Positions 28,379-37,283 of a stretch of 60,216 nt of DNA are shown here, piece by piece. Location of the stretch: NCBI GenBank assembly GCA_051252415.1, contig JBPOGA010000023.1:1-60216 (forward strand), given 5' to 3'. How positions within the stretch are numbered: position 1 is the first letter of the stretch; every line of letters starts with the position of its first letter. A program made the translations under genes and the position numbers. The notes beneath the pieces are model-generated. The model did not search any database. It was not told the origin of the DNA and saw only the letters and a list, made by a program, of their open reading frames with translations. Origin of the DNA: Opitutaceae bacterium. Its GTDB lineage: Bacteria > Verrucomicrobiota > Verrucomicrobiia > Opitutales > Coraliomargaritaceae.

Positions 28379-28453
28379 TGGTGCCACATCATGGACTTGC
28401 ACCATGGCCTACCGGTTAAAAGCCGGCTGTTCTGCTTGTTGAACTAATGAGGC
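28379..28453 (-). tRNA. tRNA-Lys (anticodon UUU), non-canonical: D-loop AACAAGCA without GG, T-loop TGCAAGT with G55, U4-U69 mismatch, CCA encoded
   Basis: GCCTCAT-TA-GTTC-AACAAGCA-GAAC-A-GCCGG-CTTTTAA-CCGGT-AGGC-CATGG-TGCAAGT-CCATG-ATGTGGC-A-CCA. Confidence 0.7.
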
Positions 28454-28457
28454 AAAT

Positions 28458-28581
<124 letters not shown>

Positions 28582-28591
28582 ACATAGTGAT

Positions 28592-28667
28592 TGGTGGGAG
28601 CACATGGAATCGCACCATGACTTTCTGAACTTCAATCAGACGTGCAGACTATCTACACTATACTCCC
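28592..28667 (-). tRNA. tRNA-Phe (anticodon GAA), non-canonical: D-loop AGATAGTCT without GG, T-loop TGCGATT with G55, CCA encoded
   Basis: GGGAGTA-TA-GTGT-AGATAGTCT-GCAC-G-TCTGA-TTGAAGT-TCAGA-AAGT-CATGG-TGCGATT-CCATG-TGCTCCC-A-CCA. Confidence 0.7.
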
Positions 28668-28672
28668 TTAAA

Positions 28673-28804
28673 TGATCGCGGAGACAGGACTTGTTCCGAG
28701 GAACGTAGTGACGACAAGACCGGGCGCTTTGCGAACCGGAACACCGACTTTTTAAGAATAGCCGGTGTCCAAGACCGGAGCCTTACCAATTTGGCCACTC
28801 CACG
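28673..28804 (-). ncRNA. tRNA-like element B (about 132 nt), paralogue of A: acceptor CGTGGAG/CTCCGCG, D-arm GCC-AAATTGGTAA-GGC, anticodon-like arm CCGGU-CUUGGAC-ACCGG (UGG), 3' end ...A-UCA instead of CCA
   Basis: Same architecture as A, with compensatory base changes in the acceptor stem and inner hairpin. Confidence 0.5.
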
Positions 28805-28818
28805 TGATGATTGAAAAT

Positions 28819-28909
28819 TGGTGGACAGGGCAGGACTCAAACCTGCAAGGCAAAGAGATGCTCCGGGTTTACAATCCGGTGCCGCTATCAATTACGGCTC
28901 TACCTGTCC
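28819..28909 (-). tRNA. tRNA-Tyr (anticodon GUA), type II (91 nt with CCA), non-canonical: D-loop without GG, T-loop TTTGAGT with U56
   Basis: GGACAGG...CCGGA-TTGTAAA-CCCGG...variable hairpin GCA-TCTCTT-TGC...GCAGG-TTTGAGT-CCTGC-CCTGTCC-A-CCA. The D-arm register is irregular. Confidence 0.6.
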
Positions 28910-30076
28910 ATTGGCGTAGGGCTGTCGTTTGCTGAGACAGCGAATGCATTTGTCTAGTTCGATTGCACGACGCAGCATCGAGCAAGCTCGAGCCCTACGC
29001 ATAGTAAGTTGGCTCGGACTTCGGCGAGCTCAGTCGAGTCGCGGGCAGGCCACGATCCTGCAACATTGGCCTTAACAGGGCCACGTTCTACCAATTGAAC
29101 TACCGCCGAATTTTGAAAGTTGAGTCCAGCATAGCTGGAGACCGCTAATGTTCGCTTATTGACGCTAATGATTAACGTTTGCTGAGATAAGCGTTTATTA
29201 GTGAAAATAAGCGGTCTCCGGCTTTGCCGGATTTCTATTGGAAATTATATGTTTCCACCAAGGACGGCTGTTTCGCCCCTCTCATACTTCAACATAAAGT
29301 CATGGTTTGGACGCCATTTATAAGACGTTTTACCCTCTGCTTTTGGTGAGTGGGGAACCGTTAAACTGTAAGTGGTGGAAACAAAAAAGCCCAAGCGCGG
29401 TATGAGTGCGGCTTGGGCTTTAAGAAAGTTTTGGTATTTCATCGTCTAAAAGAGACTGAATATTCGACCACATAGACGCGGCGGAAATACCTGTTTTCTA
29501 CAAGCCCTTGCTTGCGGATTATCAAATGTCTGCGCGAGCAGCTCATCGGTCTTTTCGATTAACCGAAGATAACTGCCGCAGGGCATTTGAATGTGAGTGT
29601 GTGGTTTCATGTGATTAAAATTTATGTTGCCGAACTTGTGCACAGATTTCCTGTATGTCAAATATTAAATTGCATAAAATGCTAATTATTAATTACTTAC
29701 GAATCATTCAAGGCTCCGCCCTGACGCAGGTCATATTCCTTTATGGAAACGGTCAATGTCGTGATTTGGGCAAGCAAAAGGCCCGGCTGCAATGTGCAGT
29801 CCGGGCCTTTTGAAAGGGGTAATGTGCGCTAACTTATTCGTTTATAAATACGATGATGTTGTGAGTGCTACCTTTCTAGAACCGGACATGCGGGTGCATG
29901 TATCTCCCTTCGGATATTCATTAAGAAAATCCGCTTTGGGCTGCATGGTTCTGTGGATGGATAATAGCATGATGTTTTGAAGAAGAGGCGTTTCTCTAAA
30001 ACGACTGAAGTGCTGTCAACCTCCAAGGGTGTATCAGAAACATATTATGATATCGTTATATATTGATTGTTAAGAG

Positions 30077-33000
30077 CTATGATAAGAACTTTGCCGTCAC
30101 GCTATGTTTAGTCTGTTTCAATCCTTCGATGTTTCCCTGATATAGTAGTTCGCCGCCCGCTTCACCGCCGTTGGGGCCGATCTCTATCGTGTAGTCTGCA
30201 TCTGTAATCACATCGAGATGGTGTTCAATGACGATGACCGTGTGGCCTTTGTCGACGAGTCGGTGGAGGAGTTCGATGAGGCGTTCGACATCGGAGAGGT
30301 GGAGGCCGATGGTGGGTTCTTCGAGGATATAGAGGTTGCCTTGGCCTTTGTTGTATTGGCGCTCCTTGAAAGTGGGTTGGCCTTTGGCGAGTTCGCTGAC
30401 GAGTTTCATGCGCTGGGCTTCTCCGCCGGACAGAGTCGGGGAGTATTGACCTAGTTCGATGTAGCCGAGTCCTGTTTCGACCATTAGCTTCATGAGGCTA
30501 CTGAGTTGTGTGTGGAAACTGAAGAACTCTGCGGCTTCTTCGAAACTCATGGCGAGCACGTCGGCGATACTTTTTCCATGCCAACGCAATTCATCGAGCT
30601 CGGCACCGTAGCGACGGCCGTCGCAATCTTCGCAGGTCACATAGGTGTCGGGCATGAAATTCATTTCAAGCTTCACTCGGCCTGCGCCTTTGCAGGTTTC
30701 GCAGCGGCCGCCTTTGGTGTTGAACGAGAAGGTGCTCTTTGTGTAGCCACGCATATTCGCTTCGGGGAGCTTTGCGAAAATGTCGCGGATGATATCGAAT
30801 GCGCCGATGTAAGTTGCGGGTGTTGAGCGGTTAGTTTTGCCGATGGGTGAATGATCGACCTCAATCAAGCGGCGCACATCATTTGCATGATGAAGTGCCT
30901 TGAATGCTTTTGTAGGGGCGTTGCTTGTCGACGCCCGTGACGTCAGGCTTGGGTTCGAGCGGGCGTCGGCAAGCAACGCCCCTACGACTTTGTTAGTTAG
31001 CTTTGACGACCTTTTCTCGATTGCTGCCTCTACTAAAGGTTTCAACAAAGCGCGAACGAGCGTGCTTTTACCTGCTCCGGAAACGCCGCAAACGACGGTG
31101 AGGCGCTGCTTGGGAATCTGCACATCGAAGCCTTTGAGGTTTCTGAGTGCGGCTCCTTGTAATGCAATCCAGTTCTCGTTGCCCTTCTTTTTGCGCGGGC
31201 TCCATGGTGCTGGTAGTTCGCGGTGGCTGCCGCGTAAGGGATGCGGCATACTCTTGTGTAGATATTTTCCGGTGAGTGATGTCTTTGCTTTTTTGATTTG
31301 GGTGATTTTTCCAGAGGCAACGATCTCGCCGCCGTGGATGCCGGCTGCGGGGCCGATGTCGATGATTTGGTCAGCCGCGCGCATGGTTGCTTCGTTGTGC
31401 TCGACGATCACGAGTGTGTTGCCTCGGTCGCGGAGCTGTTTGAGTGATGTGAGTAGTTTCTCGTTGTCGCGTGCGTGCAAACCGATGGAGGGTTCATCCA
31501 GCACGTAGAGCACGCCTGAGAGGTTAGAGCCGAGTTGTGCTGCTAGGCGAATGCGCTGTGCTTCGCCTCCTGAGAGAGTGGCGGTCGCCCGATCAAGGCC
31601 GAGGTAATCGAGGCCGACACGATCCATGAAGCGCATGCGTTCTTGGATCTCGGGGAGGAGCTCGGCCAACACCGTTTCGCTACGTTTGTCGGTCTTAATC
31701 TGTGTTAGTGTGGCGAGTAGATTAGACGGCGTTAAGCTGAGCAGTTCGGGCAGCGAAACGGAGTTGGGAACGTCGAACGTTGAACATCGAACGTCCAATT
31801 TTGAATGGCTCTGATTCTGATTATTTGATGTTGAGCGTTGGACGTTCGATGTTCGACGTTCCCTTCGTTCCTTCAGCGGGAGGCGGACGGCGCGACTGAG
31901 TGGGTTTAATCGTGCGCCTTCACAATCGGGACAGGTTTCGCCATCTTCGAAGTCATCGAGATGGATGGTGGTAGATTCTTCTTCTTTATCCATCCACTCG
32001 AACAGTTGTCCGTAGCCACGGCATGTTGGGCACCAGCCGCGTTGGCTGTTCCAAGAGAAATGCTTTGGGTCGAGTTCGGGGAAGGCGTCTCCTGTCGTGG
32101 GATCGGTGCGCTTTGTGGAAAGCCATGAGAGCACTTCGCCTTTGTTAGTGAGGATAAAGGCGCTGCCTTTGCCTAGTCTCAAGGCATCTTTGAGGGCGGC
32201 GGGCGATGCTCCGTCATCGCCGCCGTTCTTGCCCTTTGCGGCTGTGACGGAGCACAGCCCTCCAGTTAGGTGTGCAACAACTAGATCGATGTCGTGCTCG
32301 ACGTAGCGGTCTAGTTTTTTGAAGTCTGAAATATTGATGAGTTCGCCATCGATGCGAAGTTGTGTGTAGCCGTGGTCGCGTGCCCAGTTGGCAAGTGGCT
32401 CGTGGTGGCCTTTACGTCCGCGAATTAATGGAGCGCAGAGGAGGAGGTTTTGAGGTTTTGAGGTTCTGAGGTTCTGAGGTTTTGAGGTTCTGAGGTTTTG
32501 AGGTTTTGAGGTTTTGAGGTTTTGAGGTTTTGAGGTTCTGAGGTTTTGAGGTTGTGCGTGCTCGGCTAGGATGGTTTCGAGGCGTTTTTGTAGGGCGGCT
32601 TCGCTTTGGCTGACAACGGCTTCGCCAGTTGTTGGGGAATGTTGGATGCCAATGCGTGCGTAAAGCAGGCGAAGGTATTGCGCGACTTCGGTAATTGTCG
32701 CGACGGTTGATTTTCGTGTGCCTTTGGTGACGCGTTGCTCGATAGCGACGGTGGGGGCGATCCCGCTTAGCTCGTCGACATCGGCACGTGGCATTTGCTC
32801 GACGAATTGTCGTGCGTAGGCTGACATCGATTCCATGAAACGGCGTTGGCCTTCAGCGAAGATGATGTCGAAAGCGAGTGAGGACTTGCCCGAGCCTGAA
32901 ACGCCAGTGATGACGGTGGTTTTGCCATGGGGGATTTCGCAGCTGATGCTCTTTAGGTTGTGCTGGCGGGCGCCGCGAATGCGGAGGGTATTGGGGAACG

Positions 33001-36000
33001 TCGAACGTCCAACGTTCAACTTTGAATTTTGACGGAGGTCTGCCGGAGATGGCGCAGCAACTTTGTATGCGCCTGCAGGCTCTGCGGCTAGTAATTCGTT
33101 ATTATTCGACGTTGAACGTTCGACGTTCGACGTTCGATGTTCACCCAGCGCTTCGCTTAGATACTTGGCGGTTTCGCATTTGGCTTTGGTGATTTGCTGG
33201 GGTGTGCCTTCCGCGATGACTTGTCCGCCATTGGCGCCGGCTTCGGGGCCTAGCTCGATAACCCAGTCGGCAACTTTTAGAATGTCGAGGTTGTGTTCGA
33301 TGACGATTAAGGAGTGACCTGCGTCGACTAGGTTTTGCAAAACGTCGATCAGGCGTTTCACGTCGGCTCGGTGGAGTCCTGTTGTGGGTTCGTCGATGAG
33401 GATGAGTGCATGATGGGATGGCGCGGAGGGACCCGCGCCGCTACCTTTGATCTTGCCGAGATAGCTGACGAGCTTGAGGCGTTGGGATTCGCCGCCTGAG
33501 AGTGTGTTGAGTGGCTGCCCGAGCTTTAGGTAGCCGAGTCCGACATCGATCATCGGTTGAAGACAGCGTGTGATCTTAGTATATTCACCGAAGATGAGCA
33601 GTGCTTCGTCGATATCCATTTCAAGGATGTCGGCGATGGAGCGGCCGTTGAATTCGATTTCTAAAACCTCGGGTTTGAAGCGTTGACCTTCGCAGCTTTC
33701 ACAGGGCACGAAGACGTCGGAGACGAATTGCATTTCAATGCGTTCGAAGCCGAGGCCAGAGCAGGTCGGGCAGCGGCCATCACCACTGTTGAACGAGAAG
33801 TGGCCTGGGCCCATGCCTGAGGATTGCGCGGCTTCGAGTTTTGAAAAGAGCTTTCTAACTTCGTCCCATGCTTTGGAATAACTGGCAGGGTTGGAACGCG
33901 GTGTTTTACTTACTGGGCTTTGATCGATGAGGACGATGTCAGAAAGTGGGAGGGTGGATTCGATATCTTTGATTTGCGCAGGTTCTTCAACGGAGAGGCC
34001 TTTGCGTGCGAGCAGGTTTTGATAGATGACGTTGTTGAGTAGCGTGCTTTTCCCTGATCCAGAAACACCGCTTAGACAGACGAAGCTTTGCTGCGGTATG
34101 TGAAGGGTGATATTGTTGAGGTTGTGTTTTGATGCATCGTAAATGGAAAGGAGGGGGAGACCACCCCGACTCGACAAGCGAGTCACCCCTCCTTTGAAAG
34201 GAGGGGAGCTAGGATCTTGCTTTAGACGCCGTTGCTTCGGTGCCTCTATAGTTTCGCGACCAGAGAGGTAGCGCCCCGTGTGGGTGTCGGATTTTAAGAT
34301 CTGTTGGTAGCTGCCGCTGAAACTGAGTTGGCCGCCATTCTTACCTGGTTGTGGGCCTATCTCGATGAGGTTGTCGGCTGCGCGCATGACGGCTTCGTCG
34401 TGCTCGACAACCACGACGGTGTTGCCGAGGTTGGTGAGGCGGCGGAGGATCAAGATGAGACGATCCATGTCACGCGGGTGTAGGCCGACAGAGGGTTCAT
34501 CAAGCACGAAGAGTGTGTCTACGAGTGAGGAGCCGAGGCATGAGGTGAGATTGACGCGCATCGTCTCGCCGCCTGATAGCGTGCGCGAGGTGCGATCAAG
34601 AGTCAGATAGCCGAGGCCGACTTGATCGAGGAAACTGAGGCGTGAGAGGATGCCTTGAAGTGCGGAGTCGGGTTCTTGGTAGGGACTGCTGCCCTCAGCA
34701 GTCCGCTTACTTGATGTGGCGGACGCCTGAGGGCAGGCGTCCCTACCTAAGATGCCTAGCAAATCAGCGACACTTTTTTGGTAGAGCTCGTGGAGTTGGT
34801 GCCCATTCCATTTCCAGTTTAGAGATTCGGGTTGTAAGCGTGCGCCACCGCACTCTGGGCAGGTTGTGTAACTGCGGAATTTTGAGAGAAACACGCGGAC
34901 GTGCATCTTGTAGAGGTTCTGATTGAGCCAATCGAAGAAGCGATGGACTCCATACCATTGTCCATTGTCTTGTTTATACTTAGGGTCGCCCTCCATGACG
35001 AACTTGAGCTCTTTTTTGTTGAGCTTCGACCATGGGATATGTGTGCGCACATTGTGCTTCTTGGCGGCGCGTTGGAGATCGCGCAGGCTCTCGCTGTAGA
35101 CCTGACCTTGAAAGGCGCGTATCGCGCCGTCATCGATCGACTTGCTGTGATCGGGGATGACTAAGTTGTCGTCGATCTCTATCACGCGTCCAAAACCACG
35201 GCATTCGGAACACGCTCCGATCGGGGAATTGAACGAGAATAGTGCAGGTATGGCTGGACGAAAAGTCTGTCCGGTCTCGGGCGAGCTGAGTCCATGGGTG
35301 AATTCGGCCACCGGTTTGCATTGAGCATCTAGAATTTGAATGTGTCCCTTGCCAAATTTGAATGCTTGCTGTGCGGCTTCGATGAAACGGGAGCGGACTT
35401 TGTCATTCGTGATCGTTACACGATCCTGAATGACAAAGAGTGATGAGTGAGAAGTGAGGAGTGAGGAGTTGCCTTTTAATAACTCTTGGATGCGAAAAAT
35501 TTCATACTGGTTCTTTCCACTTTCCACTACCTTCTTCCTACTCTTGCGTAGCAAGACTCTGGAATAACCTTGGCTGCTAAGAGAACTCAGGATTTCGGAC
35601 CACTTTAGTTTTTCGGGCTTGGTGACTTCAAAGGTGATGAGGACGGTTTTGTCTTTGCTACTTTCGAGTAGCGATTTCCAGGCAGACTGTGCGTTGTCGT
35701 CGGTGATCGGGGCGCCTGTAGCTGGATCGTAAAGTGTGGCGGCGTTGGCGAACCAGACTTTGAAGTAGTCGCAGAGTTCGGTGATCGTGCCGACAGTGGA
35801 GCGCGAGGTTTTGACGGTATTGGACTGGTGAATCGCGATGGAAGGGCGGATGTTTTCCACGCTGTCGACCTTCGGTCGGTCGAGTAGATCCATGAATTGC
35901 CGTGTGTAGGGCGAGAAGGTCTCGACGTAGCGGCGCTGGCCTTCGGCGTGGAGTGTTTCAAAAACGAGCGAGGATTTACCTGCACCGCTGAGTCCTGTGA

Positions 36001-36118
36001 CTACAGTGAGTTGACCGATTGGTAGATCGAGATCGAAACCTTTGAGATTGTTTTGGCGAACGCCTTTTAGGCGGATGAAATCTTTGGTCGAAGGCATTGG
36101 TTCACGAAGATTAGACAT
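30077..36118 (-). CDS. Tandem UvrA-UvrA fusion (2013 aa, four ABC ATPase modules), excinuclease ABC subunit A-like; carries multiple in-frame repeat insertions
   Basis: Four Walker A sites (GLSGAGKSSL, GVSGSGKSTL, GVSGSGKSSLAFD, GVSGAGKSTL) and four LSGGE signature/Walker B pairs. UvrA Zn-finger cysteines are present. N-terminus IRLKGVRQNNLKG and the start of the second unit IRGARQHNLKSIS are UvrA-like. Confidence 0.85.
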   Translation of the reverse strand: MSNLREPMPSTKDFIRLKGVRQNNLKGFDLDLPIGQLTVVTGLSGAGKSSLVFETLHAEGQRRYVETFSPYTRQFMDLLDRPKVDSVENIRPSIAIHQSNTVKTSRSTVGTITELCDYFKVWFANAATLYDPATGAPITDDNAQSAWKSLLESSKDKTVLITFEVTKPEKLKWSEILSSLSSQGYSRVLLRKSRKKVVESGKNQYEIFRIQELLKGNSSLLTSHSSLFVIQDRVTITNDKVRSRFIEAAQQAFKFGKGHIQILDAQCKPVAEFTHGLSSPETGQTFRPAIPALFSFNSPIGACSECRGFGRVIEIDDNLVIPDHSKSIDDGAIRAFQGQVYSESLRDLQRAAKKHNVRTHIPWSKLNKKELKFVMEGDPKYKQDNGQWYGVHRFFDWLNQNLYKMHVRVFLSKFRSYTTCPECGGARLQPESLNWKWNGHQLHELYQKSVADLLGILGRDACPQASATSSKRTAEGSSPYQEPDSALQGILSRLSFLDQVGLGYLTLDRTSRTLSGGETMRVNLTSCLGSSLVDTLFVLDEPSVGLHPRDMDRLILILRRLTNLGNTVVVVEHDEAVMRAADNLIEIGPQPGKNGGQLSFSGSYQQILKSDTHTGRYLSGRETIEAPKQRRLKQDPSSPPFKGGVTRLSSRGGLPLLSIYDASKHNLNNITLHIPQQSFVCLSGVSGSGKSTLLNNVIYQNLLARKGLSVEEPAQIKDIESTLPLSDIVLIDQSPVSKTPRSNPASYSKAWDEVRKLFSKLEAAQSSGMGPGHFSFNSGDGRCPTCSGLGFERIEMQFVSDVFVPCESCEGQRFKPEVLEIEFNGRSIADILEMDIDEALLIFGEYTKITRCLQPMIDVGLGYLKLGQPLNTLSGGESQRLKLVSYLGKIKGSGAGPSAPSHHALILIDEPTTGLHRADVKRLIDVLQNLVDAGHSLIVIEHNLDILKVADWVIELGPEAGANGGQVIAEGTPQQITKAKCETAKYLSEALGEHRTSNVERSTSNNNELLAAEPAGAYKVAAPSPADLRQNSKLNVGRSTFPNTLRIRGARQHNLKSISCEIPHGKTTVITGVSGSGKSSLAFDIIFAEGQRRFMESMSAYARQFVEQMPRADVDELSGIAPTVAIEQRVTKGTRKSTVATITEVAQYLRLLYARIGIQHSPTTGEAVVSQSEAALQKRLETILAEHAQPQNLRTSKPQNLKTSKPQNLRTSKPQNLRTSKPQNLLLCAPLIRGRKGHHEPLANWARDHGYTQLRIDGELINISDFKKLDRYVEHDIDLVVAHLTGGLCSVTAAKGKNGGDDGASPAALKDALRLGKGSAFILTNKGEVLSWLSTKRTDPTTGDAFPELDPKHFSWNSQRGWCPTCRGYGQLFEWMDKEEESTTIHLDDFEDGETCPDCEGARLNPLSRAVRLPLKERRERRTSNVQRSTSNNQNQSHSKLDVRCSTFDVPNSVSLPELLSLTPSNLLATLTQIKTDKRSETVLAELLPEIQERMRFMDRVGLDYLGLDRATATLSGGEAQRIRLAAQLGSNLSGVLYVLDEPSIGLHARDNEKLLTSLKQLRDRGNTLVIVEHNEATMRAADQIIDIGPAAGIHGGEIVASGKITQIKKAKTSLTGKYLHKSMPHPLRGSHRELPAPWSPRKKKGNENWIALQGAALRNLKGFDVQIPKQRLTVVCGVSGAGKSTLVRALLKPLVEAAIEKRSSKLTNKVVGALLADARSNPSLTSRASTSNAPTKAFKALHHANDVRRLIEVDHSPIGKTNRSTPATYIGAFDIIRDIFAKLPEANMRGYTKSTFSFNTKGGRCETCKGAGRVKLEMNFMPDTYVTCEDCDGRRYGAELDELRWHGKSIADVLAMSFEEAAEFFSFHTQLSSLMKLMVETGLGYIELGQYSPTLSGGEAQRMKLVSELAKGQPTFKERQYNKGQGNLYILEEPTIGLHLSDVERLIELLHRLVDKGHTVIVIEHHLDVITDADYTIEIGPNGGEAGGELLYQGNIEGLKQTKHSVTAKFLS
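30912..30985. repeat. F4-type palindrome (near-perfect 26-bp inverted repeat gtaggggcgttgcttgtcgacgcccg / cgggcgtcggcaagcaacgcccctac) inserted in frame in the UvrA-like CDS
   Basis: Read directly. It encodes about 25 extra residues (...ADARSNPSLTSRASTSNAPTK...) within the ORF. Confidence 0.75.
31766..31863. repeat. F5 palindromic element copy 1 (98 bp; stem of about 30 bp gggaacgtcgaac...gttcgacgttccc) in frame within the UvrA-like CDS
   Basis: Read directly. It encodes ...ERRTSNVQRSTSNNQNQSHSKLDVRCSTFDVP... Confidence 0.8.
32444..32552. repeat. 8-bp tandem repeat (GAGGTTYT) x about 13.5, in frame within the UvrA-like CDS; encodes (PQNL[RK]TSK)n
   Basis: gaggttttgaggttttgaggttctgaggttctgaggttttgagg...; every three units make one 8-aa peptide repeat. 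Confidence 0.85.
32994..33146. repeat. F5 palindromic element copy 2 (about 153 bp) in frame within the UvrA-like CDS
   Basis: Termini gggaacgtcgaacgtccaacgttcaac...gttgaacgttcgacgttcgacgttcgatgttcaccc. The loop segment gacggaggtctgccggagatggcgcagcaac is shared with copy 3. It encodes ...EHRTSNVERSTSNNNELL...NSKLNVGRSTF... Confidence 0.8.
34141..34200. repeat. GC-rich nested hairpins (ggagggg...cccctcc; cccctcctttgaaaggagggg) in frame within the UvrA-like CDS
   Basis: Read directly. It encodes ...PPFKGGVTRLSSRGGLPLLS... Confidence 0.6.
34682..34746. repeat. Pair of palindromes (ggactgctg-ccctc-agcagtcc; ggacgcctg-agg-caggcgtcc) in frame within the UvrA-like CDS
   Basis: Read directly. It encodes ...ATSSKRTAEGSSPYQEPDS... 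Confidence 0.6.
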
Positions 36119-36154
36119 CTATGAGCGGACGTCGAATTCAAGTGACACTTTTTT

Positions 36155-37270
36155 TTACCGAGTGAGAACGATGGCAGCATTGACGCGGCTATTGCCGTAA
36201 CTGCTCATCCTTGCGAAGTCTTTTTTCGAGATCGGGATATGCTGGCAATCCATCTCACTACGGGAAGGGTGATCCATGTCGGGGTCATGCACGTAGATGC
36301 AGAATTCGTCATATGTTGTGATCACGACCCAGTGCGGCGCTTTATCACCATTGATCCGGTAGCTGCTAACAAGTGCAATAATCGCGGCTCCCCCATCTAA
36401 ATGCTTGGTGATTTGGTTTAGTGATAGGCTCTTCTTTTGCGTTTCTATGCCAGATGTTCGAGCTTTTTGAACGAACTGTTGATGAACGACTTTGAGGATT
36501 TCCTTTTTATGCGGGGCGCGCACACCTTCAATAAAGAGTGGGGTCGTTTGGTTGATGTATGTGCTAACTGTAAAACCGCGTTTCTGAGCAGCCAATGCGA
36601 GGCCCAGAGGGTGACAACCACCATGGCCGGAAGTCATAAAGATTGTGGTGCTTTCGCGCCAGAGATCCAATTCGAGTTCCTGATTCAGGGGCAGTGAGCG
36701 ATCAATGCTGCGCATGGCCATCATAAGGCAGGCAGGTCCGCATGTAAAATCAGTAGTTTGTCGATACCACGGAACTTCGGTGGCTCGATATTCTTGTTCG
36801 GGGAAGCGGATTTTCTTCTGCATACGCAGTGCAGCTGAATGGTCTTCGTAATAGTCGTGCCATTCATCGAAGACTTGGTAACCAGATTTTTCGTAGAGTT
36901 GGATCGCTTGCTGGTTTTTCGTCGAAACTTCTAGTCGCATGAAAAAGCGTTCTTCGAGAACGGCCTGTTCTTCCAGATCTTGCAGCATGATGCGCCCGTA
37001 GCCTTTGCCCTTGATCGAATCATTGAGTGCCAAGGAATAAAGACGTGCCAAGCGTGTTCCCGAATGTAGCAAGGCCAGTCCGTAGCCGACCAGCAAATTA
37101 TCGATTATCAACACCCTTAAGATGCTGTTATCAACTTTGATCCAGCGCAGAAAGGAGCGCCGACTGATACGGTCAACTTCGAAGGATGTTTCCTCGAGTT
37201 GAACAAGTGCATCCAAGTCTTCGAGGCAAACATTTCGGATGCAATATGTGCTGGGTGAAGGGGGGCTCAT
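36155..37270 (-). CDS. Two-domain protein: N-terminal GNAT acetyltransferase-like domain fused to a C-terminal papain-fold (C39-like) peptidase-like domain
   Basis: GNAT motif region (LLVGYGLALL...KGKGYGRIMLQDLEE...RLEVSTKNQQAIQLYEKSGY). C-terminal Cys motif TDFTCGPACLMMAM with downstream His/Asp. Confidence 0.6.
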   Translation of the reverse strand: MSPPSPSTYCIRNVCLEDLDALVQLEETSFEVDRISRRSFLRWIKVDNSILRVLIIDNLLVGYGLALLHSGTRLARLYSLALNDSIKGKGYGRIMLQDLEEQAVLEERFFMRLEVSTKNQQAIQLYEKSGYQVFDEWHDYYEDHSAALRMQKKIRFPEQEYRATEVPWYRQTTDFTCGPACLMMAMRSIDRSLPLNQELELDLWRESTTIFMTSGHGGCHPLGLALAAQKRGFTVSTYINQTTPLFIEGVRAPHKKEILKVVHQQFVQKARTSGIETQKKSLSLNQITKHLDGGAAIIALVSSYRINGDKAPHWVVITTYDEFCIYVHDPDMDHPSRSEMDCQHIPISKKDFARMSSYGNSRVNAAIVLTR

Positions 37271-37283
37271 TATAGAATCGAGA

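Noticed and set aside
30218-35164. Numerous 60-200-aa ORFs on both strands inside the UvrA-like gene
   Set aside because: They are all embedded in or antisense to a well-supported 2013-aa CDS.
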